From: Phycisphaerae bacterium
GTDB lineage: Bacteria > Planctomycetota > Phycisphaerae > UBA1845 > PWPN01
Assembly: GCA_012719955.1 (NCBI GenBank)
Contig: JAAXZI010000159.1
Coordinates: 5,618-69,617, forward strand
DNA length: 64,000 bases
Direction of reading: 5' to 3'
The notes under the pieces are model-generated. The model had not been told where the DNA came from, ran no database searches, and saw only the letters and a program-made list of their open reading frames with translations. This document shows, one piece after another, positions 41,847-50,556 of the stretch (positions are counted from its first letter, which is position 1; each line of letters opens with the position of its first letter). The position numbers and the translations under genes are program-made.

Positions 41847-41970
41847 TGCCCCGAAGGGGCATCAAGAGAGTAGCCACGGGTGGAGCGAAGCGGAACCCGT
41901 GGTTCAGGGCCCGCCCAATCTTTCCTGCCGCCCCGGCAGGGGCGGCGTGAGCCTCCGCACGAGCCTCACC
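41847..41970. repeat. family D three-hairpin repeat, copy 2
   Basis: See copy 1 at 5357..5480; it has the same three hairpins in the same order. Confidence 0.9.
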
Positions 41971-42253
41971 CGCCCCTGCCGGGGCCGCGTGTGAACATGG
42001 CACCCGGCGGGGAGAATAACCAATGTCCAAATCCCAATGTCTAAAGAATGACCGATGACGAAATCCGAATGCGGCCAGCGGCCTGGTAAGCTCTTGCTCC
42101 CCCTGGCGCAGATGGCCGCCACCGAGTGCCGGCTTGACGCATGGCTTTTCCGGCCGTATGAACGCCGCTGGTGGATTCGTCCACACGTATGGTGAGCGTC
42201 TTTGGCGCGGGTGCCATGCCAACGGGCCTGTACTCGGGCGGGTGGGCATGTTG

Positions 42254-42347
42254 AAGTCAAACAGCGTCCGGCATGTTCACCCGCGGCCACGCAGCCGAGT
42301 GGCGTTCAAAGGGTCACCGGGGGCCGCGTGTGAACATGGCACCCCGG
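42254..42347. repeat. family E long-hairpin repeat, copy E2
   Basis: Direct repeat of E1. A third partial right arm (ggggccgcgtgtgaacatggcaccc) lies at about 41981-42005. Confidence 0.9.
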
Positions 42348-42364
42348 TTCCCGGTGGAAGGAAG

Positions 42365-42496
42365 AACGGCCGGTACGGAGCCCGGCCGGTACAGATTGTG
42401 AATGAGACAACGGCCGGTGCGGAGCCGGGCCGTTGCGAATTGTGAAAGGCAGAACCGCCGGCGTGGAGACCGGCCAGTACAAATGGTGGAGTCACG
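42365..42496. repeat. family B array: 3 tandem 44-bp units ending 2 nt before the esterase start codon
   Basis: Units start at 42365, 42409 and 42453 (aacggccggtacggagcccggccggtac... and diverged copies). The ATG of the next gene is at 42499. Confidence 0.9.
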
Positions 42497-42498
42497 AT

Positions 42499-43458
42499 AT
42501 GAAACGTCCTCTCGCGATCACGTTGCTTGCATGTCTTCTCATCCCGGTGATGGCCAACGGCGCCGATCCCGCCTTTACCCGCGAGGAGGACGTGATCTAC
42601 GGCCGGAAGTACGGCACCGCCCTGACCCTGGACGTGTTTACACCCAAGGCCAACGCCAACGGTGCGGCGGTGGTCGCGGTCATGAGCGGCGGCTGGTTCT
42701 CCGCCCACGAGATGATTTCGCCCCCCACCTTCAGCGAGTTTCTCAACCGCGGCTACACCGTCTTCGCCGTCGTGCATGGCAGCAATCCCAAGTACACCAT
42801 CCCCGAAGCGATGGAAGACATGCACCGCTCCATCCGCTTCATCCGCCACCACGCGAAGCGGTTCAACATTGACCCTGAGCGCATCGCCATCTACGGCGGT
42901 TCCGCGGGCGGGCACATCTCGCTGATGATCGGCACCTCCGGCAAGGAGGGCGATCCCAAGGCCAAGGACCCCGTGGACCAGGCCTCCAGCCGGGTGCAGG
43001 CGGTCGCGTGCTGGTTCCCGCCGACGGATTTCCTCAACTACGGCGAGCAGGGACGAACCGCTCCGGCGGCGCTCGAAAAAGAACTGTCCATGTTCAAAGC
43101 GCCGTTCGACTTCACCGAGCTGGTCATGGACACGCCGCCGTTCGGCAAGCGTTTCGTGCTTATCACCGACGAAAAGAAGCGGCTGGAGATCTGCAAGGAG
43201 ATATCGCCCGTCACGCATGTGTCGGCGGACGATCCGCCGACGCTGATCATTCACGGCGAGGCTGACAAGCTGGTGCCGATCCAGCAGTCGGAGGTGATGC
43301 TGGAGAAGCTCAAGGCGGCGGGCGTCACCGCCGAGTTGATCCGCCGGCCGGGGGCGGGCCATGGCTGGGCTGGAATCGAGAAAGACCTCAAGCTGTTCGC
43401 GGACTGGTTCGACCGGCACCTCACCCGGCCGGCGACGCCCGCTAAGCGCTCGGAGTGA
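42499..43458 (+). CDS. secreted alpha/beta hydrolase (esterase/lipase, prolyl-oligopeptidase-like)
   Basis: Signal peptide MKRPLAITLLACLLIPVMANGA, nucleophile elbow IYGGSAGGH, and C-terminal IHGEADKLVP and GAGHGW motifs. Confidence 0.85.
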   Translation: MKRPLAITLLACLLIPVMANGADPAFTREEDVIYGRKYGTALTLDVFTPKANANGAAVVAVMSGGWFSAHEMISPPTFSEFLNRGYTVFAVVHGSNPKYTIPEAMEDMHRSIRFIRHHAKRFNIDPERIAIYGGSAGGHISLMIGTSGKEGDPKAKDPVDQASSRVQAVACWFPPTDFLNYGEQGRTAPAALEKELSMFKAPFDFTELVMDTPPFGKRFVLITDEKKRLEICKEISPVTHVSADDPPTLIIHGEADKLVPIQQSEVMLEKLKAAGVTAELIRRPGAGHGWAGIEKDLKLFADWFDRHLTRPATPAKRSE

Positions 43459-43544
43459 AATCCAAAATCCCGTAAGCTGTAACGGATGATGGGCAAAGCC
43501 CGTGTACGGCGTTTTCGTGATTCTCTGACAGGGAGCCCCTCATA

Positions 43545-45005
43545 ATGAACCTCGCCCCCCTCCTGATTCTCGCCCTGGGCGGGCTTGGCGCAGAGTCCGC
43601 CAGTGCCGTGAGGTCAGCAGAGCCCGTGCACATCGGCTCCCGCCTGGAGCCTTTTGTCGATGCGTATCTCATCGAGCGGATGGAGGGAACCGCGTTCAAG
43701 CTGCACACCCCTGTCGATGCCGGCCAGGCTTTCGCCTTCGACAAGCCGTGGGAAGGGCCGTTCAGCGCCTATGTGACCGTCCTCCGCGACGGCCAGCGCT
43801 ACCGGGCATACTATCGAGGCGCCCCCGTTTCCAACCATGAGGGCCACGAACCCGAGGTTACCTGCGTGGCTGAATCGACGGACGGCATCCGTTGGACCAA
43901 GCCGGAGCTGGGCCTGTTCGAAGTGCGCGGCCAGCGGGCCGGCAACGTCGTCCTGGCCGGCGACCCGCCTTTCTCCCACAACTTCGCGCCGTTCGTCGAC
44001 ACCCGCCCGGGCGTGCCTGCCGCGGAGCGGTACAAGGCCCTGGCCGGCATCGGCCAAACCGGACTGAAGGCATTTGTGTCCGCCGACGGTCTGCGCTGGC
44101 GGCCTCTGCGCGACGAGCCGGTGCTGCGCCACGACAGATCCTCGTTCGACTCCCAGAACGTGGCCTTCTGGTCTGAACACGAAGGCTGCTACGTCTGCTA
44201 TTTCCGCACCTGGCATGAAAGGATCCGGCGCATTTCCCGGTCCACCTCTAAAGACTTCCTGAACTGGACCGAGCCCGTCCGGATGGAATACGGCGACGCC
44301 CCCATTGAACACCTGTACACTAACCAGACGCATCCCTATTTCCGCGCCCCCCACATCTATGTCGCCATCGCCGCGCGCTTCATGCCCGGCCGGCAGGTGC
44401 TCACTGAACAGCAGGCCCGGACCGTTGGCGTGGACCTCAAATACTTCAAGGATTGCTCGGATGCGGTGCTGCTGACCACGCGCGGCGGCAATCGCTACGA
44501 CCGCGTCTGCCTCGAAGGCTTCATCCGTCCCGGCGTCGGCCTGGAAAACTGGACCTCGCGAACCAATTACCCCGCCTGGGGCGTCGTACCGACCGGGCCG
44601 GCGGAGATGTCGCTCTATGTTCAGCACGCCTACGGCCAGCCGCGCCACGAGCTTCGCCGATACGTCCTGCGCACGGACGGCTTTGTTTCCGTGAATGCCC
44701 CCGCCCGCGGAGGAGAAATGGTCACCCGACCAATCGTTTTTACCGGGCGGGAACTGGTCGCGAACTTCGCCACCTCCGCCGCGGGCGAGATCCGCGTGGA
44801 GATCCAGGACCCTTCCGGCTCGCCGCTGCCAGGCTTTGCCCTCGACGACGCGATCATGCTGATCGGCAATGAGATCGAGCGGACGGTTTCCTGGAAAGCG
44901 GGATCCGACGTGTCGCGACTGGCCGGCCGGCCGGTGCGGCTGCGCTTCGTAATGAAGGACGCGGACCTGTACTCACTGCGATTCAAGGCGGGTGAGTCAC
45001 AGTGA
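43545..45005 (+). CDS. secreted protein of unknown function, beta-propeller glycoside-hydrolase-like
   Basis: Signal peptide. Repeated propeller-like segments (DKPWEG.., ..STDGIRWTKP.., ..SADGLRWRPL.., ..SKDFLNWTEP..) resemble the GH32/43/117/130 fold. The family is not resolved by eye. Confidence 0.75.
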   Translation: MNLAPLLILALGGLGAESASAVRSAEPVHIGSRLEPFVDAYLIERMEGTAFKLHTPVDAGQAFAFDKPWEGPFSAYVTVLRDGQRYRAYYRGAPVSNHEGHEPEVTCVAESTDGIRWTKPELGLFEVRGQRAGNVVLAGDPPFSHNFAPFVDTRPGVPAAERYKALAGIGQTGLKAFVSADGLRWRPLRDEPVLRHDRSSFDSQNVAFWSEHEGCYVCYFRTWHERIRRISRSTSKDFLNWTEPVRMEYGDAPIEHLYTNQTHPYFRAPHIYVAIAARFMPGRQVLTEQQARTVGVDLKYFKDCSDAVLLTTRGGNRYDRVCLEGFIRPGVGLENWTSRTNYPAWGVVPTGPAEMSLYVQHAYGQPRHELRRYVLRTDGFVSVNAPARGGEMVTRPIVFTGRELVANFATSAAGEIRVEIQDPSGSPLPGFALDDAIMLIGNEIERTVSWKAGSDVSRLAGRPVRLRFVMKDADLYSLRFKAGESQ

Positions 45006-45026
45006 AACGACAGGCCGCACAGCCAT

Positions 45027-45374
45027 CTAGAGCAACACGATCGTAATCCCCTCGTTGTAGCAGTTCAGATCCGGGTCGCGGGCCAGCTCGGGGCAGGCGT
45101 CCAGCACCCGGCGGGCAACCGGATCGAACAGATCCCACTTCTCGCCGGCCACAAAGGCCTGGATGGTTCCCTCTTTCTGACGCTTGCGAAGCGATCGGCG
45201 AACGGCCTCGCGCAGAGCGCCCCCCTGGCCGGTGGAGCCGTAGCCGTGAATGATTTTCATGGTCACCGCGCCGGCCGCACGGGCCTTGCCGATCTGGTCG
45301 GCGAGGCGTCTGCGGGCCTCCTCTACACTCGGAAAGCCACTCTTGAGATGGACAACGTAAAGCGCGGCGGGCAT
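45027..45374 (-). CDS. Smr domain protein
   Basis: MKIIHGYGSTGQGGALREAVRRSL matches the Smr core (IIHGxG). I chose the ATG at 45374 to avoid overlap with the upstream gene. Confidence 0.75.
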   Translation of the reverse strand: MPAALYVVHLKSGFPSVEEARRRLADQIGKARAAGAVTMKIIHGYGSTGQGGALREAVRRSLRKRQKEGTIQAFVAGEKWDLFDPVARRVLDACPELARDPDLNCYNEGITIVLL

Positions 45375-45423
45375 GTGACCTTCCAGCCCCCCTCCATCAA
45401 CGGCATTCGGGTGGGGCCATCCA

Positions 45424-47043
45424 TCACTTGTGGAGATCTTTTTTGTTTCCGCTAAGCCGGTTATCGGCGGCAATGACCGGCGTTGCCCCGTCCCAGGACG
45501 AAATGCCGAAGGCATTATTCCGGCACGTGTTCCGGCTCAGCGCCGGGTGCGTACCCTGGCCATACGCGCCGATCCCGCAGTTGCCGTTATTATCGCACAC
45601 GTTGCCGCGCGCGTCACCCCCGGCCCCGTCGCGAAAGGCGATGCCATGCACGGTATTGGCCACGCAGTGGTTGTCCGATAATTGGATGGTGGTCTTGCCC
45701 ATCACCACGATGCCGGCGTTCTGGTTTCGCCAGCAGGAATTGCCTTCCGCCTCGCCGGCCGCCCCGTTCGCGAAGACAATGCCGAAAAGCTTGTTGGCGT
45801 TGGCCTGGTTGTGCCGAAGCGTGGCGCTGGTGCCCGCGCCGTCAACCTCGATGCCCGTCCGGTTGGCTTCACAGACATTTCGCTCGGCGGTGGCCCGGGC
45901 TCCTTCAACAATGCGGATGCCGGTCCCGGATTGCGCGCCCTGCGAACCGTCGGGGGCGCCGGAATTATTCCGACACTTGTTTTCCAGCAGGCGAACGTCG
46001 GTCCCCGCTTCCCGCACGTGAATGCCCACCCCTTTGTTGCGCTCGCAGATGTTGGCCCGGTACTCGCCCCGGGCCTCGCCGGCCACGTAGATCCCGTCCG
46101 CGTCGTTGTCACGGCAGACATTCGATACCAGCAGCGGGGTAGTCCCCCGCCCCGTGACGCAGATGGCGTGCGTGCCGCTGCGCTCGCAGACGTTGATCTC
46201 AGCCAGCCCCCGCGAGCCCGCCCAGAAGGCAATCCCGCCGTGAAGGTTGCTCTGACAGATATTGCGCCGCAGCTCCGGCCGGCTGTCCTCACCCTGGCTG
46301 AACACCCCGGTATCGCAGCCCCGGAAGATGCACTCGCTGATCTGCAGCGACGATGCGATCATGGCCACGCCATCGGGCAATTGCTCCTTATCCGGCAGCA
46401 CCCGGGGACGCAGCTCGGCGCGCTCGATCCGGCCGTCATGTTCGACTTCCACCCGAACCGTCCCGCCGTCCCCGGCCTGGACAGCACAGGCAGTCAGCAG
46501 GTAGCTGCACTGGCCAACCGGCCGGCCGTTCACGCGGCTGACCCGCCCGCCGCGGATGCCCGCCGCCTCGGCCGGTCCACCAGGAACAACCTCCTTTATC
46601 CACACACCGCCCGCGCGAACCTCCAGCTTCATCCCCAGGCTCAGCATGCGCCCCGGCGCGGAGTACGGGCCTTCGAAGGTCAGTTTTTCAATGGCCCCGG
46701 AGGGACAGTCCACCGCGATCAAGGCGGCCGGCATGTCCACGGCCGGGTGAATGATGCAACGCTTCGCATCCTCGCCGCGCAGCGTCACGCCGGAGCGAAA
46801 CCAGATCGTCTCGCGATAGGTGCCGGGTTTCACCACGATGACCGAGCCGGCCGGCGCATCGCGCATGGCATCGCTGATCCGGCGATAGACCGCCGAACCG
46901 TCCGCCGCGACAATGCGCGTCAGGCCTCCCCGTCCAGCGTTCCGCGGCGCCGCTTCGGCGGCTTGAGCCCACGCCAGGGAGGGAACCATCACCAGCCAGA
47001 CGGACAGGAGAATCCAGGTAAGAGCAGGGACTGGCGGTCGCAT
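45424..47043 (-). CDS. secreted right-handed parallel beta-helix repeat protein with embedded PDZ domain
   Basis: The signal peptide is ..LVMVPSLAWAQA. The PDZ segment is GGVWIKEVVPGGPAEAAGIRGGRVSRVNGRPV. More than 10 imperfect ~23-aa repeats of the N-x-C-x-x-N-x-x-x-G-I type follow. Confidence 0.8.
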   Translation of the reverse strand: MRPPVPALTWILLSVWLVMVPSLAWAQAAEAAPRNAGRGGLTRIVAADGSAVYRRISDAMRDAPAGSVIVVKPGTYRETIWFRSGVTLRGEDAKRCIIHPAVDMPAALIAVDCPSGAIEKLTFEGPYSAPGRMLSLGMKLEVRAGGVWIKEVVPGGPAEAAGIRGGRVSRVNGRPVGQCSYLLTACAVQAGDGGTVRVEVEHDGRIERAELRPRVLPDKEQLPDGVAMIASSLQISECIFRGCDTGVFSQGEDSRPELRRNICQSNLHGGIAFWAGSRGLAEINVCERSGTHAICVTGRGTTPLLVSNVCRDNDADGIYVAGEARGEYRANICERNKGVGIHVREAGTDVRLLENKCRNNSGAPDGSQGAQSGTGIRIVEGARATAERNVCEANRTGIEVDGAGTSATLRHNQANANKLFGIVFANGAAGEAEGNSCWRNQNAGIVVMGKTTIQLSDNHCVANTVHGIAFRDGAGGDARGNVCDNNGNCGIGAYGQGTHPALSRNTCRNNAFGISSWDGATPVIAADNRLSGNKKDLHK

Positions 47044-47206
47044 GCAAGCTCTCCCGCACTCCCCCTCGACAGGGAAACCATGCCGCCCCAACGGCGTATG
47101 GTCAGCGCATGCTAGCTGCCGCCCCAAACGCCCGCAAAAACGGGCATGTTTTGCAGGTGTGCCCGCCTCATCCGCAATCCGGAATCGGCAACCGAAAGCG
47201 CCCGGC

Positions 47207-48526
47207 TCAGGCTTTCACGACGTTCTTCTTCGGCCCCTTCACCTGGGCCGTCGCGTTGCGCGTGTCCACCACCAGTTTCGCGTTCTTGACGATCATGGCG
47301 TAGTCGTAGCAGGAGTGATCCGTTGAGATCAGCACGCAATCGTACTTCTTCAACGAGGCCGGCGTAAGCGGCACCGACTTCATCCGCAGATCATGCTCGC
47401 GCTGCTTGTGCGTGCTGGGCACGTGCGGATCGTTGTAATCCACCTTCGCGCCTTTGGCCTTCAACAGTTCAATCAACTCGATGGAGGGCGACTCGCGGAT
47501 ATCGTCCACGTCCTTCTTGTAGGCCAGGCCCAGCACGAGCACCTTGGCCCCCTTGAGGGCCTTCTTGTGCTCATTGAGCGCGGCGGACACGTGCTCCACC
47601 ACGTACTCCGGCATGCTGGTGTTGATCTCGCCGGCCAGCTCGATAAAGCGCGTGGGCATGCCATATTCGCGAGCCTTCCAGGTCAAATAGAAGGGGTCGA
47701 TGGGGATACAGTGCCCACCCAACCCCGGACCGGGGTAGAACGCCTGGAAGCCGAACGGCTTGGTCTTGGCGGCGTTGATGACCTCCCACACGTCAATGCC
47801 CATCCGCTCAAAGACCATCTTCAGCTCGTTCACCATGGCGATGTTCACGCAACGGTAGACGTTCTCGACGATCTTGGCGGCCTCGGCCACCTCGCAGCTC
47901 GAAACCGGAACCACCGCCTTGATGGCTTTGCTGTACAGGGCGACGGCCAGCCGCATGCTTCGGGGCTCCAGTCCGCCGACCACCTTGGGAATCGTCTCGG
48001 TAGTGAAGTCCTTCCGGCCGGGATCCTCCCGCTCCGGCGAAAAGGCCAGGAAAAAGTCCTTGCCCGCCTTCAGGCCGCTCCGCTCGATGATCGGCTTGAC
48101 CACCTCGCGGGTGGTGCCCGGGTAGGTGGTGCTCTCCAAAACAACGAGCTGATCCCTGCGGATCTGCCCGGCGATCGTTTCCGCCGTCTTAATCACGTAA
48201 GTCATGTCTGGATCACGGGTTTTGGACAGCGGGGTGGGGACGCAAATGATGATCGCATCGCCCTTCTTGAGGTCCGCAGGGTTGGACGTGGCCACGAAAC
48301 GGCCCTTGGCCCGCATCTCAGCAATGAAGCTGCTGGGAATGTGCTGGATGTAACTCTGACCAGCGTTCAGCTTCTTGACTTTCTCTTTGTCGACATCGTA
48401 CCCAATAACCGACAAGCCCCCCCGGGCAAAGCTGCGGGCCAGCGGCATACCCACATAGCCCATCCCCATAACCACGACGCGCGCCGCCCCAGACTGTATT
48501 TTATCAAGCAAATGATTATCCGACAC
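47207..48526 (-). CDS. nucleotide-sugar dehydrogenase (UDP-GlcNAc/ManNAc 6-dehydrogenase-like, WbpA/WecC family)
   Basis: VVVMGMGYVGMPLA Rossmann motif, and the catalytic Cys context PGPGLGGHCIPIDP. Confidence 0.9.
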   Translation of the reverse strand: MSDNHLLDKIQSGAARVVVMGMGYVGMPLARSFARGGLSVIGYDVDKEKVKKLNAGQSYIQHIPSSFIAEMRAKGRFVATSNPADLKKGDAIIICVPTPLSKTRDPDMTYVIKTAETIAGQIRRDQLVVLESTTYPGTTREVVKPIIERSGLKAGKDFFLAFSPEREDPGRKDFTTETIPKVVGGLEPRSMRLAVALYSKAIKAVVPVSSCEVAEAAKIVENVYRCVNIAMVNELKMVFERMGIDVWEVINAAKTKPFGFQAFYPGPGLGGHCIPIDPFYLTWKAREYGMPTRFIELAGEINTSMPEYVVEHVSAALNEHKKALKGAKVLVLGLAYKKDVDDIRESPSIELIELLKAKGAKVDYNDPHVPSTHKQREHDLRMKSVPLTPASLKKYDCVLISTDHSCYDYAMIVKNAKLVVDTRNATAQVKGPKKNVVKA

Positions 48527-48706
48527 AAATGACTCCTTCTAAGACGCCCGTTCCCCTTGCAGATTCGATAATTTTATGAAGCGACTCAGCATTGACAAGC
48601 TGAACCGAACTTTCGCACCATATCGCACGATTAATACTTATGTCGGCAGCAGCAGGCTCATGGTACAATCGCCTCTTTCAAGTGTTCTGCCGCACTGGAG
48701 GGCTGA

Positions 48707-49831
48707 ATGAAGATTCCATTGTCAAGTCCGGATATTTCGCAGGCGGAACGCGATGCGGTTGCTGAGGTAATGCTGACTTCTCAGCTCTCCCTGGGGCCCC
48801 GGCTGCCCGAGTTCGAGCGACTGTTGAGCGAATACGTGGGCGTACGCTACGCCGTGGCCGTCAACAGCGGCACCAGCGCCCTGCACCTTTGCATCCGGGC
48901 CATGGGCATCGGCCCGGGCGACGAGGTCATCACGACCTCCTTCTCTTTTATTGCCACCGCCAACTGCATCCTCATGGAGGGGGCCCGGCCGGTCTTTGTG
49001 GATATCGACCCGGAGACCTGGAATATCGACCCGGCCAAGATCGAGGCCGCCATCACCCCCCGGGCCCGGGCCATCCTGCCGGTGCACGTGTTCGGCCTGC
49101 CGCCGGACATGGACGCCATCCTGGCCATCGCCCGCAAGCACAACCTGCGCGTACTGGAGGATTCCTGCGAGGCCCTGGGGGCGACCTACAAAGGCCGGCG
49201 GGCGGGTTCGCTGTGCGATGCCGGCGTCTTCGGCTTCTACCCCAACAAACAGATCACCACCGGCGAGGGCGGAATGATCGTCACCAATGACGAGACGATT
49301 TACCGTCTGGCCACTTCCATGCGCAACCAGGGCCGCGGCGTCAACAGCGGCTGGCTGGCTCACGAGCGCCTCGGATACAACTTCCGCTTGAGCGATATCA
49401 ACTGCGCCCTGGGCATCGCCCAGATGAAGCGCATCGACGAGATCCTGGCCCATCGGGCCCAGGTGGCCAAGTGGTACCACGAGCGGCTGGGCGATGAGAA
49501 GCGCATCTCGCTTCAGCGGGTTCCGTCCGACCGCACGATCAGCCATTTTGTGATGGTGGCCCGGCTGTCCGACGATTACACCCGCGAGGACCGCGACTGC
49601 ATCATGGAAGGCCTGCGGGCGAAGGAAATCGGCACCAACAACTATTTCTCGCCCATCCACCTGCAGCCGTTCTACGCGGAGCAAGGGTGGAAGCGCGGCG
49701 ACCTGCCGGTATGCGAGGCGCTGTCGGATCGGACGATCGCTCTGCCGTTCCACGGACTGCTGACCGAGCAGGAAGTGGATACGGTGTGCCGGGAGTTCCG
49801 GGCGCTGCTGAGCCGGCCGTACCGGGCGTAG
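48707..49831 (+). CDS. DegT/DnrJ/EryC1/StrS family PLP-dependent aminotransferase
   Basis: AVNSGTSALHL, and FGFYPNKQITTGEGGMIVTND with the PLP lysine context. It is divergent from the sugar dehydrogenase gene. Confidence 0.92.
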   Translation: MKIPLSSPDISQAERDAVAEVMLTSQLSLGPRLPEFERLLSEYVGVRYAVAVNSGTSALHLCIRAMGIGPGDEVITTSFSFIATANCILMEGARPVFVDIDPETWNIDPAKIEAAITPRARAILPVHVFGLPPDMDAILAIARKHNLRVLEDSCEALGATYKGRRAGSLCDAGVFGFYPNKQITTGEGGMIVTNDETIYRLATSMRNQGRGVNSGWLAHERLGYNFRLSDINCALGIAQMKRIDEILAHRAQVAKWYHERLGDEKRISLQRVPSDRTISHFVMVARLSDDYTREDRDCIMEGLRAKEIGTNNYFSPIHLQPFYAEQGWKRGDLPVCEALSDRTIALPFHGLLTEQEVDTVCREFRALLSRPYRA

Positions 49832-49851
49832 GTTGCGGGCTCGCCCGCAAC
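49832..49851 (+). terminator. hairpin immediately after the aminotransferase stop
   Basis: GTTGCGGGC-tc-GCCCGCAAC starts 1 nt after the TAG. There is no U-tract; a G-rich heptamer repeat follows. Confidence 0.4.
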
Positions 49852-49855
49852 CGGA

Positions 49856-49883
49856 GGGTTCAGGGTTCGGGGTTCAGGGTTCA
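49856..49883 (+). repeat. GGGTTCR heptamer x4 (G-quadruplex-capable)
   Basis: gGGGttcaGGGttcgGGGttcaGGGttca has four G3+ tracts separated by 3-4 nt. Confidence 0.9.
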
Positions 49884-49964
49884 GAGAGTCTTGCCAAGAG
49901 AACAGGGAATCTTGCGATATCCTCGAAAAAATGCAGATGATGGGTCAGCTCAGTAGACTCGACA

Positions 49965-49992
49965 TTGCGGCATGCCCTGTGTTGGCTATAAT
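49965..49992 (+). promoter_or_regulatory. candidate sigma-70 promoter for the RelE/ParE-type TA pair (near-leaderless)
   Basis: TTGCGG-N16-TATAAT, with the -10 element ending 9 nt before the antitoxin ATG at 50002. Confidence 0.4.
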
Positions 49993-50001
49993 CAAGATGC
50001 C

Positions 50002-50244
50002 ATGAGAGCCATCAGAGCCGTCATCGACGATGGGAAAGTGACGCTGCTTGAGCCGGCAGATCTCTCCGGCCGGCATGAGGTTCTCATTGTGGTCAACGAC
50101 GCGGAAGCCACGACTGGGGATCAGGAATGGGGGCGGATCCTGCGCGACCAGAAGGCCCGCCCCGCGTTCGATGAGTTTCTGTGCGCGGCCGATGGGGAAA
50201 TCGCCGCCGGAAAGACCGAACCGCTGGATCCTGATCGCCTGTGA
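50002..50244 (+). CDS. type II antitoxin-like protein
   Basis: MRAIRAVIDDGKVTLLEPADLSGRHEVLIVV is the beta-hairpin N-terminus common in small antitoxins. Its stop overlaps the toxin GTG (GTGA at 50241-50244). Confidence 0.6.
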   Translation: MRAIRAVIDDGKVTLLEPADLSGRHEVLIVVNDAEATTGDQEWGRILRDQKARPAFDEFLCAADGEIAAGKTEPLDPDRL

Positions 50245-50510
50245 CTTCACATACGACACGCACCTTCCGACGGTTATTTGACCAATTGCCCTTTGATATA
50301 CAGGAACGAGCCAGAAAGGCATTCCGCCAGTTCCTCGCCGATCCGAGCCACCCTTCGCTCTCCTTTGAGCGCCTCGTCTCCCACCCCGATCTCTGGGCAG
50401 CACGAATCTCCGCCGATTACCGGGCTGTATGCAAAGTGGTGGGCGGCACAGCATACTGGCTATGGATTGGCTCCCACAGGGACTTTGACCGGCAGTTCCC
50501 CAGAGGTTGA
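50241..50510 (+). CDS. RelE/ParE-superfamily type II toxin
   Basis: 89 aa, with the pattern F..F..L....Q......F..FLADPSHPSL.FE.L......W.ARIS.DYRAV......T.YW.WIGSH.DFD typical of RelE/ParE-like toxins. Confidence 0.65.
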   Translation: MTSHTTRTFRRLFDQLPFDIQERARKAFRQFLADPSHPSLSFERLVSHPDLWAARISADYRAVCKVVGGTAYWLWIGSHRDFDRQFPRG

Positions 50511-50556
50511 CGCTCGCAGGTCAGGTCAGCAGCCCCGGCGCGAATGACGATGGCAC

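Noticed and set aside
41689-42445. ORFs inside the repeat-filled gap (41689..42249 -, 41803..41994 +, 42134..42445 +). Similar ORFs read through repeats at 5326..5572, 24231..24629, 25433..25793, 51619..52339 and 57513..58163.
   Set aside because: They are made of translated repeat modules; the same peptide strings recur wherever the DNA repeat recurs. They also lack start-site signals, so they are artefacts of hairpin repeats rather than genes.
48592-48669. TTGACA at about 48592 and TGgTACAAT at 48661-48669 in the divergent sugar-dehydrogenase/aminotransferase intergenic region, as promoter elements.
   Set aside because: The TTGACA has no acceptable -10 at 16-18 bp, and the extended -10 has no recognisable -35. 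A promoter there is plausible, but I cannot pair the elements convincingly, so I do not list it as a feature.
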